62,412 nt of DNA from Candidatus Harrisonbacteria bacterium RIFCSPLOWO2_01_FULL_44_18 (GCA_001817915.1 MHJJ01000011.1:17710-80121); one strand, 5' to 3'. Positions 52,370 to 59,783 are shown, numbered from the stretch's first letter. Made by a program: numbers and translations. Notes: generated by a model from the sequence alone, not told the origin.

Positions 52370-53779
52370 CTACCGGCGAATTTTGAGAAATTTTATTAAC
52401 GTGGCAATTGTATAATCAATATCTCTTTTTGCCGTTTGCCGGCCCAGACTGAATCTTAAACTGCTTGAAGCTCGATCCAAAGAAAACCCCATTGCCCGCA
52501 AAACATAAGATGTCTTCGAAACGCGCGAAGAACAGGCGGCTCCCAAAGAAGCCGCGATGCCGGCCAAATCCAGTTTTATCAATAGTTCTTGCGCCCTATT
52601 CCCGGGAAAATAAATATTAAGATTATTCGGCAATCGCTCTTTCATTGAACCGTTAACGGCAATCTTAGAATTTATTTTCTTAAACCCGCGCCAAAAGTAA
52701 TCGCGTAATTTACCAACTCTTTTATTCTCTAATTCGCGCGAATTAGAGATAAGTTCCACCGCCTTGGCGAAACCGACTATATAAGGAACGTTATCGGTTC
52801 CGGAACGCAAACCGAATTCCTGGCCGCTACCAGTAATAATTGGAGAAATGTAATTGGTAATTGGTAATTGGTAATTGGTTCTTTGTGATTTTATTCCCGA
52901 ATCACTATTTACCATTTGCCAATTCCGGGCGTATAAAACGCCGATTCCCTTCGGCCCGTAAATTTTGTGAGCCGAGAGAGTCATTAAATCAACGCCTAAA
53001 TTTTCCGGCCGGCAATCTAGATATTGAAAAGACTGGGCGGCGTCGGTGTGGAAAAGAGGGTAACTGGTAACTGGTAACTGGCAACTGAAGATAGGTATTT
53101 TTTTTCTATTTACTAATTTCCAATTACTAATTACTTCCGCGATAGCGGAAATCGGCTGAATCGCGCCAATTTCGTTATTGGCATGCATTATTGAAACTAA
53201 AACCGTCCGTTCATCAAGGGCAGTTTTTATTTTTTTCAAGTCAACGATTCCATCTTTCGAAACCGGAATATAAACAACCTCAATGCCGTCTTTTTCCAAA
53301 TCTCGGCAAGTTTCCAAAATAGATTCATGCTCAATGGTCGAAACAATAATTTTTGGCTGTAAAAAGTTTTGAACGAAGGCAGATTGCTTTGAGGAACATC
53401 CCGCAGACACGCTGGGCTTGGTTCCCGACGAAAGTCGGGACCAGCGCGCCGAGGGAGAAGAAATTTTTGCCGCTGGAGCAAAAATATTCTGGTTCCGAAA
53501 AGCAGTCGCCTGAGAATATACAAAACTTTTTACGGCGCCGCGGAGCGCCAAATTATTCGCTTCAGTTGCCGATCCGGTAAAAATTATTTCGCGATAATCA
53601 GCGCCAAGAGACTTGGCAATGCCCAAGCGCGCCTTAAATACCGCCGCTGAAGCCTCTTGGCCAAATCTGTGGAGAGCGGAAGGATTGCCAAAAATTTTAG
53701 AAAAATACGGCCGCATCGCCGCTGTCACTGCCGGATCAACTGGCGTTGAAGCCGCGTAATCAAAATAAATTCTTTTCAT
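52370..53779 (-). CDS. iscS: cysteine desulfurase (class V aminotransferase, IscS/NifS type) carrying three in-frame insertions
   Basis: YFDYAASTPVDP, FTGSATEANN, SIMHANNEIG, PLP-lysine SAHKIYGPKG, GQEFGLRSGT and active-site loop SLGAACSS. It is 469 aa against about 380-400 for typical family members. Confidence 0.85.
   Translation of the reverse strand: MKRIYFDYAASTPVDPAVTAAMRPYFSKIFGNPSALHRFGQEASAAVFKARLGIAKSLGADYREIIFTGSATEANNLALRGAVKSFVYSQATAFRNQNIFAPAAKISSPSARWSRLSSGTKPSVSAGCSSKQSAFVQNFLQPKIIVSTIEHESILETCRDLEKDGIEVVYIPVSKDGIVDLKKIKTALDERTVLVSIMHANNEIGAIQPISAIAEVISNWKLVNRKKIPIFSCQLPVTSYPLFHTDAAQSFQYLDCRPENLGVDLMTLSAHKIYGPKGIGVLYARNWQMVNSDSGIKSQRTNYQLPITNYISPIITGSGQEFGLRSGTDNVPYIVGFAKAVELISNSRELENKRVGKLRDYFWRGFKKINSKIAVNGSMKERLPNNLNIYFPGNRAQELLIKLDLAGIAASLGAACSSRVSKTSYVLRAMGFSLDRASSSLRFSLGRQTAKRDIDYTIATLIKFLKIRR
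52850..52925. repeat. inverted heptamer-array element inside iscS (copy 1)
   Basis: (GTAATTG)x4 at 52850-52877, a 27-nt spacer, then CTATTTA CCATTTG CCAATTC at 52905-52925. It is translated as QMVNSDSGIKSQRTNYQLPITNY. Confidence 0.7.
53060..53133. repeat. inverted heptamer-array element inside iscS (copy 2)
   Basis: (GTAACTG)x3 GCAACTG at 53060-53087, an 18-nt spacer, then CTATTTA CTAATTT CCAATTA CTAATTA at 53106-53133. It is translated as ..NWKLVNRKKIPIFSCQLPVTSY. Confidence 0.7.
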
Positions 53780-53927
53780 AATTCTATTATATTTATTTCT
53801 ATCAATTCTTCAATTCCCTTATTCGCGCGAATTAGACCATAAACAAAAATTAAACCATATCTTAAATTTTAATTGATGCTTTACGAAAAATAATAAAAGT
53901 TATATCCTATATCTAACATTTAAAAAC

Positions 53928-54416
53928 ATGGCAAGCGTTTATTTATTCAATACTTCTTTTGGTTTAAAAATTAATCCCGACCAAGTAGTCCAAGAAATGA
54001 TCAACTTCATGAAAGCGGACACTCGGCGCGATTATAAAATAACCATCGGCACCGATTCTGAAAAGGCGCCGGACAAAACCGCGGATTTCGTTACCGCCAT
54101 TGTCATTCACAGAGTCGGCAACGGCGGCCGTTATTTTTGGCGACGCATTGACGAGGTGGAAAAATATCATACGCTGCGCGATCGAATCATGCAAGAAGTG
54201 CTGATTTCTCTAGATGTGGCAAAAGTTTTTTTGAGCTCAATCAAGAAATTTGATGTGCCCCATTTTGATTTTGAAATCCATATTGATGTCGGAGAAAACG
54301 GCGCGACCAAAATAATGATTCAGGAACTTGTCGGCATGATTCGCGCCAACAACTTTGAAGCCAAAACAAAACCTTACAGCTATGCCGCCTCAAAAGTCGC
54401 GGATCGCCACGTATAA
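53928..54416 (+). CDS. YkuK/DUF458-family RNase H-like protein
   Basis: 162 aa. YKITIGTDSEKAPDKTADFVTAIVIHRVGNGGRYFW matches the DUF458 pattern. Confidence 0.65.
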   Translation: MASVYLFNTSFGLKINPDQVVQEMINFMKADTRRDYKITIGTDSEKAPDKTADFVTAIVIHRVGNGGRYFWRRIDEVEKYHTLRDRIMQEVLISLDVAKVFLSSIKKFDVPHFDFEIHIDVGENGATKIMIQELVGMIRANNFEAKTKPYSYAASKVADRHV

Positions 54417-54874
54417 CTCCACCAATATACTAATCAAGCGCTAATATGGCAAATAAGGATGCGGTGCTAATATATCCGGAACTAAGTTATAAAATAATTG
54501 GCGCCGCTTTTAAGGTAAATAATAATTTAGACTGGGGGCACAAAGAAATTACTTACCAAGGGGCACTGGCACTTGAATTTGATAATCTAGGATTAAAATT
54601 TGAGAGAGAAAAATTCGTCAACATTCGATACGACGATTGTAGTATCGGCAGGGAATTTCTTGATTTTGTCGTGGATGGAAAAATTGTTGTGGAGCTAAAG
54701 GTTACTCCAAAATTCGGCTATGTTCATATAAATCAAGTCGTTTCTTACTTAAAAAATTCTAATTTACAACTAGCAATTTTAATCTACTTTACTAAAGAGG
54801 GGGTGTGTTATCGCAGAATTTTGAATAGTAACTAATTTGTATATTGGCGCTATATTGGCTATATTGGTGGGGTT
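54415..54874. mobile_element. GxxExxY-protein ORF bracketed by terminal inverted repeats (candidate small selfish element)
   Basis: 54415-54429 AACTCCACCAATATA matches the reverse complement of 54860-54874 (AACCCCACCAATATA), 14 of 15 positions. Extended similarity of about 35 nt includes TATATTGG repeats. An ORF-less copy lies at 47066-47125. Confidence 0.5.
54446..54835 (+). CDS. GxxExxY family protein (PD-(D/E)XK nuclease-like fold)
   Basis: 129 aa. YKIIGAAFKV...WGHKEITYQGALALEF...DFVVDGKIVVELK has the layout typical of GxxExxY proteins. Confidence 0.75.
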   Translation: MANKDAVLIYPELSYKIIGAAFKVNNNLDWGHKEITYQGALALEFDNLGLKFEREKFVNIRYDDCSIGREFLDFVVDGKIVVELKVTPKFGYVHINQVVSYLKNSNLQLAILIYFTKEGVCYRRILNSN

Positions 54875-54876
54875 CT

Positions 54877-55440
54877 ATGGACAAATTGGTAATTGATATC
54901 GAAACCAAAAATAGTTTTGCCGATGTCGGCGGCCAAGATCATCTTAACGATCTCTTAATTTCGGGTGTCGGAGTTTATTCGTATAACCGAAACACTTTTT
55001 TATATTTTGACGAAAATCAACTAAATGATTTGGCGCCGGTTTTGCAAAAAGCGGGATTGATAATCGGTTTTAGCATCAATCGCTTTGATATTCCGGTGTT
55101 GGCCAATTATTTTAATTTTAATCTCTTTGCCGTGCCGCGGCTTGATCTCTTGGATGAAATTGAACTCCTACTCGGACAAAGAGTGGGCTTAGACCTCTTG
55201 GCAAAAACTAATTTGGGAATCGGCAAAACACACTACAGCCTGGAAGCAATCAAACTCTATAGAGATGGCAACTTTGAAGAATTGAAAAATTATTGTTTAA
55301 ATGACGTGAAAATCACTAAAGAACTCTACGAACTAGCCCAAAAACAAGGACATCTTTTAGTGCCGAAAAAAATTACCGGCGAACTAATCAAGGTAAACTT
55401 CGGCTGGCAAGAATATCATTTGCCGGCCACTCTCCTGTGA
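54877..55440 (+). CDS. DEDD-family 3'-5' exonuclease / RNase H-like domain protein
   Basis: VIDIETKN (Exo I), GFSINRFDIPVL (Exo II) and YCLNDVKITKELY (Exo III, Y-x3-D). The start is moved to MDKLVIDIE. Confidence 0.65.
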   Translation: MDKLVIDIETKNSFADVGGQDHLNDLLISGVGVYSYNRNTFLYFDENQLNDLAPVLQKAGLIIGFSINRFDIPVLANYFNFNLFAVPRLDLLDEIELLLGQRVGLDLLAKTNLGIGKTHYSLEAIKLYRDGNFEELKNYCLNDVKITKELYELAQKQGHLLVPKKITGELIKVNFGWQEYHLPATLL

Positions 55441-55442
55441 AT

Positions 55443-56345
55443 CTACCCCAATAATAATCTTTTAATTTCTGGCAGTCGCTGGCGAAAAACATCTTTATCT
55501 TTTGCTTCCAAATTCAGCCGTAATAAATTCTCGGTATTTGACGGCCGCAAATTGAACCACCAATCATCGAATTCCATCTTCAAGCCGTCGAGATGGGAAA
55601 TTTTTCTGGCTTGATTTTCATAAACTCTTTCAACTCGGCGCGTTATTTTTTGCTTGTCCCTAACTCTAAAATTTAATTCGCCTGAATTGTAATACCTCGG
55701 AAACGCGTCAATCCATTCCGCCAGCCCGGAACCCAACCGCGATACCGCGTTGATAAACTGAATAGCGGCGAAAATTCCTGAATCAGCGTAATAATCGTCT
55801 TTGGCAAAATGAAAATAATAATGGCCGGATAACTCGCCAGCAAAATTCACTTTTTTCTGCTTCATAAGTATTTTTATGAAATAGTGGCCGACGCGCGAAT
55901 CAAATATTTTCTTGCCGGCTTTTTTCAAAAGTTCCCGCCCTAGATATCCGATGCGCGTATCAACGATCGCCGGGCCTTTATAATTTTTGCCAATAAACGC
56001 GATCACAATATCCGCCGCCACCGGCCGGCCGGCGTTATCCGCAAAAAACACCCGATCGCCGTCGCCATCAAAAATTACTCCCAGATCGGCTTTGTGTTTT
56101 CTAACCGCTAATCGCAAATCGCTCATCGCCCCCCGTTCCATCGGATTCGGCCCATGCGCCGGAAAATTGCCGTCTATCTTATCGTTTATTAGAATAACCT
56201 CCAATTTCCCAATAACATAATTTCTTAATTTCTTAATAACAAGCGCCGTGGCTCCATTCGAACAATCAAAAACCACCCGCATTGGACGCCGAAGCTTCAA
56301 AAATCTCTTAAGAAAACTGGCATAAAAATTAAAATAATCTTTCAT
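55443..56345 (-). CDS. phosphomannomutase/phosphoglucomutase, C-terminal fragment (domains II-IV)
   Basis: VVFDCSNGA, FDGDGDRVFFAD (metal-binding loop) and GELSGHYYF. It is in the same frame as 56370..56825 but separated from it by TGA and TAA. Confidence 0.7.
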   Translation of the reverse strand: MKDYFNFYASFLKRFLKLRRPMRVVFDCSNGATALVIKKLRNYVIGKLEVILINDKIDGNFPAHGPNPMERGAMSDLRLAVRKHKADLGVIFDGDGDRVFFADNAGRPVAADIVIAFIGKNYKGPAIVDTRIGYLGRELLKKAGKKIFDSRVGHYFIKILMKQKKVNFAGELSGHYYFHFAKDDYYADSGIFAAIQFINAVSRLGSGLAEWIDAFPRYYNSGELNFRVRDKQKITRRVERVYENQARKISHLDGLKMEFDDWWFNLRPSNTENLLRLNLEAKDKDVFRQRLPEIKRLLLG

Positions 56346-56369
56346 TTTCTTAATAACTTAATTTCTCAA

Positions 56370-56825
56370 TCACTTAATAACTAGGTTTTTAATTTCTCTT
56401 CCGCTCAGCGGTACGGCTTTTGGCCCAACAACTTTTAATCCGTTGTATTCTTTGGGATTATGCGAAGCGGTAATCATAATTCCGCCGTCGGTTTTTAGTT
56501 TATTGACCAAAAAATAAAGCATCGGCGTCGTAATCATTCCCGCTTCAATAACTTTCATTCTCATGTTCTTGAGAACGTTGGAATGACGTAATTCCTTTAA
56601 AACTAATTTATATAATGAAGGTGAACTTAAGCGGGCATCGTGGCCGACAACAATAACGCTTTGCGATTTGCGCTTTGTCCCGACTTTGTCGAGGACTCGC
56701 GACTTTGTCGGAGCGATTTGCCAATGTTGTGCCAGCGCTTTCACAATTTCAGTAACGGCCGCTTCGTCGATTTCCTCCGGATAGCGGCCGCGAATATCGT
56801 AGGCTTTAAATATACTTGGATTCAT
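56370..56825 (-). CDS. phosphomannomutase/phosphoglucomutase, N-terminal fragment (domain I with catalytic serine loop)
   Basis: FKAYDIRGRYPEEI, VVGHDARLSS and ITASHNPKEYNGLK (active-site TASHNP). It ends at TGA at 56370-56372. Confidence 0.7.
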   Translation of the reverse strand: MNPSIFKAYDIRGRYPEEIDEAAVTEIVKALAQHWQIAPTKSRVLDKVGTKRKSQSVIVVGHDARLSSPSLYKLVLKELRHSNVLKNMRMKVIEAGMITTPMLYFLVNKLKTDGGIMITASHNPKEYNGLKVVGPKAVPLSGREIKNLVIK

Positions 56826-56842
56826 ATTATTATTTTAATGTA

Positions 56843-58966
56843 ATGTCTCGAAAAAACAAAAAATTCTTTTCGGAAAAATTGGAAAAAATCAGCGGCGACA
56901 CCAAAAGAAGCGTAGCGGCGATTCTGCTGATCGGCATGGCAGTAATTTTAATACTTGCCAGTCTTAACGCGGCGGGACCGGCTGGCCGCCTTATTTACGG
57001 AAGTCTGGGTAAATTATTCGGCTGGGGATATTTTCTTTTCCCGAGCATCGCTTTAATTGTGGCGATACTTTTTCTAATCTCTAATCAGCAAAAATTCTTT
57101 AGCATTACTTTTGTCGGCGCGATTTTATTCATTGTCTCCGGCTTGGGCCTTATTGATATTCTCTTTCCCGGGCGAGGAGGACTTATAGGAAATCTTTTCG
57201 GCGCTTTGGAAAATCCATTTGGCTACGCCGCTTCTATTGTTATCGCCGCCACTTTTCTCATAGCCTCCCTTTTAATCACTCTTAACGCTTCTATCCGATT
57301 TAAAAAGAAACCGGCGGAAGAAAAAATCATTAAGAATGCCGCGGAAATCAAAATCGCCGAAGAACCAAAATTCCAAATTGAACAAAAACAATCCGAAACT
57401 ATGGATATCCCCGAAGCCGAGTCAGACTCGGCCGAAATTTCGAAAAAATCCGAAGAATCGGGGATCTCCGCCGAAGGCGGGTCCGCCTCGGGCGGAAAAG
57501 ATAAAAAATTAAAACCCGCCAGCTCGCCGATTCATCAACTCAAAACTATCCGTTATACGGCTCCGCCGCTTTCACTTTTAAAATCTTCTGTAGAAAAACC
57601 CACTTCCGGCGACTTGCGCGCCAACGCCAACATTATTAAAAGAACTTTGGATGGCTTTGGCGTATCCGTGGAAATGGGCGAAATCAACATCGGCCCGAAA
57701 GTAACGCGTTATACTTTAAAACCCGCCGAGGGAATAAAATTGAGCCGCATCACCGCTTTAAATCAGGACCTGTCTTTGGCGCTGGCCGCGCATCCTATCC
57801 GCATTGAAGCGCCCATACCGGGTAAATCGCTGGTAGGCATTGAAGTGCCGAATAAAGCCGCGGCTATTGTGCGCCTGGGAAGTTTGATGAACTATCCGGA
57901 ATTTCAGAATTCCGGTCCGTTAACTTTTATCCTCGGCAGGGATGTTACTGGCGAACCGATTATCGCCGATATTGAAAAAATGCCCCACCTTTTGGTGGCG
58001 GGCAGTACCGGCAGCGGAAAATCCGTGGCGCTCCACTCGCTTCTTGTTTCATTATTATATAAAAATTCTCCGGAGACGCTCCGACTCATTTTAATAGACC
58101 CTAAAAAAGTTGAACTTTCTGTCTATGACGGCATACCTCATCTTATTTCACCGGTTATAACTGACGGCAAAAAAACCATTGGCGTGTTTCGCTGGGCGAT
58201 TCAAGAAATGGAAAGGCGATATGAAATCCTGCTTGATGCCGGCTCTCGGGATATAACGAGTTATAACAAATCGCAGCCGCAGTCCCTTCCTTATATTTTA
58301 TTAGTGATCGATGAATTAGCTGATTTAATGGCGGCATACGGACGGGAAATAGAAAATTACGTTGTTCGGCTGGCGCAAATGGCGCGCGCCACCGGCATTC
58401 ATTTAATCGTTTCTACTCAAAGACCATCGGTGGAAGTGATAACCGGATTAATTAAAGCGAACATAACCGCCCGAGTCGCTCTTCAAGTGGCCAGCCAAGT
58501 GGATTCCCGCACGATATTGGACGGTGCCGGCGCTGAAAAACTCCTTGGCGGCGGCGACATGCTCTTTATTTCCGCGGAGTCTTTTAAGCCAAAAAGAATT
58601 CAAGGCGCGTATATTTCGGAAGAAGAAATAAATAAAGTGGCGGATTTTATAAAAGAAAATAATCCGGCATCGGAAGAAACAAAACCAAATGAACTTACCG
58701 CCGCTGAAGCGCTGGAGTCAATGAATAAAGAAAATATATTTGACGACTATACTCCCGATGATGACGATGAATTATATGACGAAGCAATTAAAGTCGTAAC
58801 GGAAGCCAAAAAAGCCTCGGCCTCTCTGCTGCAACGGCGTCTTAAAATCGGCTACGCGCGGGCAGCCCGATTGCTGGATATTATGGAGGCCAAGGGCGCT
58901 ATTGGACCGGGAGACGGCGCCAAACCAAGAGAGGTCTTCCTAAAACAAGAAGATGGTGTATTATAA
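56843..58966 (+). CDS. ftsK: DNA translocase FtsK/SpoIIIE
   Basis: N-terminal TM helices, a variable linker, the motor domain with Walker A AGSTGSGKSV, and a C-terminal gamma domain ASLLQRRLKIGYARAARLLDIME. The start is moved to MSRKNKK. Confidence 0.9.
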   Translation: MSRKNKKFFSEKLEKISGDTKRSVAAILLIGMAVILILASLNAAGPAGRLIYGSLGKLFGWGYFLFPSIALIVAILFLISNQQKFFSITFVGAILFIVSGLGLIDILFPGRGGLIGNLFGALENPFGYAASIVIAATFLIASLLITLNASIRFKKKPAEEKIIKNAAEIKIAEEPKFQIEQKQSETMDIPEAESDSAEISKKSEESGISAEGGSASGGKDKKLKPASSPIHQLKTIRYTAPPLSLLKSSVEKPTSGDLRANANIIKRTLDGFGVSVEMGEINIGPKVTRYTLKPAEGIKLSRITALNQDLSLALAAHPIRIEAPIPGKSLVGIEVPNKAAAIVRLGSLMNYPEFQNSGPLTFILGRDVTGEPIIADIEKMPHLLVAGSTGSGKSVALHSLLVSLLYKNSPETLRLILIDPKKVELSVYDGIPHLISPVITDGKKTIGVFRWAIQEMERRYEILLDAGSRDITSYNKSQPQSLPYILLVIDELADLMAAYGREIENYVVRLAQMARATGIHLIVSTQRPSVEVITGLIKANITARVALQVASQVDSRTILDGAGAEKLLGGGDMLFISAESFKPKRIQGAYISEEEINKVADFIKENNPASEETKPNELTAAEALESMNKENIFDDYTPDDDDELYDEAIKVVTEAKKASASLLQRRLKIGYARAARLLDIMEAKGAIGPGDGAKPREVFLKQEDGVL

Positions 58967-58967
58967 C

Positions 58968-59061
58968 GAAGTAATCGCTAATAATGCGAATTACAGCAAA
59001 ATAATGCCAATAACGTATTCGCGTTATTTCGAAACAGATTAGCATTATTCGCGATTACTCC
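58968..59061. repeat. MITE-like palindromic element, copy B
   Basis: A 94-bp element between ftsK and the rodZ-like gene. Its reverse complement aligns along its full length with 46886-46979. Confidence 0.75.
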
Positions 59062-59065
59062 GATT

Positions 59066-59701
59066 ATGGAAACGAAATTATTAAAAGATTTAATAAACGA
59101 ACAACTGGAAATTAAGGGATTGAATTTAGAAAGATTAGCTCAAGCCACCAATATCCCCTTAAGATACTTGGAATCTTTAGTAAGGGGCGATTATAAAAAA
59201 CTGCCGGCCGCCCTTTACGTGCGCAACTATCTAAACAAGATTGCGATGATTCTAAATTTGAATAACGAAGAATTGTGGCAGTTTTATCAACGAGAGACTC
59301 TTCCGGAAAAATCAGGACCAACAGACGTCTTACCCTTCAATCGATTTGCCTTGAAATCGATCAAAAAAAGAATAATTATAGTAGCGGCGGCGATTATCTT
59401 GGTAATTCTGTATCTTTTATTAAACGCGGGGCGGCTGTTGGGTTCGCCAGAATTAGAAATTGCCAATCCAACCTCGCCTACCGTAGTTGTTTCGGAATCA
59501 ACTATTGCTTTAGCCGGCCGGACTGATTCGGATGACAAATTGTTAATTAATGACGAAGAGGTTTACATTGACAAAAACGGCCAATTCCAGAAAGATTATA
59601 ATTTACAGCCGGGATTAAATACTGTTGCCTTTTCCGTTAAAAGATTTTTAGGGAAAGAAACTAAAATAGTAAGACAAATAATATATCAGCCGCAACCATG
59701 A
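59066..59701 (+). CDS. RodZ-like HTH / membrane protein
   Basis: N-terminal HTH LNLERLAQATNIPLRYLESLVRGDY, a single TM helix, and a C-terminal beta-rich domain. Confidence 0.6.
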   Translation: METKLLKDLINEQLEIKGLNLERLAQATNIPLRYLESLVRGDYKKLPAALYVRNYLNKIAMILNLNNEELWQFYQRETLPEKSGPTDVLPFNRFALKSIKKRIIIVAAAIILVILYLLLNAGRLLGSPELEIANPTSPTVVVSESTIALAGRTDSDDKLLINDEEVYIDKNGQFQKDYNLQPGLNTVAFSVKRFLGKETKIVRQIIYQPQP

Positions 59702-59776
59702 GAATTATGAATCATGAATTATAAATTACGGATTAGATAATTGCCGCCATAATTCATAATTCAAAATTCATACTTC
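59702..59776. repeat. inverted heptamer arrays immediately upstream of recA
   Basis: GAATTAT GAATCAT GAATTAT AAATTAC at 59702-59729, a 19-nt centre, then ATAATTC ATAATTC AAAATTC ATACTTC at 59749-59776. Confidence 0.7.
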
Positions 59777-59783
59777 AAAAAAT

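Noticed and set aside
53236-53580. Separate small ORFs (53236..53523 minus, 53353..53580 plus) inside the first iscS insertion
   Set aside because: Several frames are open only because of the biased, hairpin-rich insert sequence. The iscS frame runs through uninterrupted and reconnects conserved motifs on both sides.
56346-56372. TGA read as an amino acid (code 25, as in SR1/Gracilibacteria) to fuse the two phosphohexomutase ORFs
   Set aside because: A TAA follows 9 nt later in the same frame. TGA also clearly terminates well-supported genes here, for example 26368-26370 and 59699-59701.
59702-59783. LexA/SOS (Cheo) box upstream of recA
   Set aside because: No GAAC-N4-GTTC or CTGT-N8-ACAG pattern is present. 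The region is entirely heptamer arrays.
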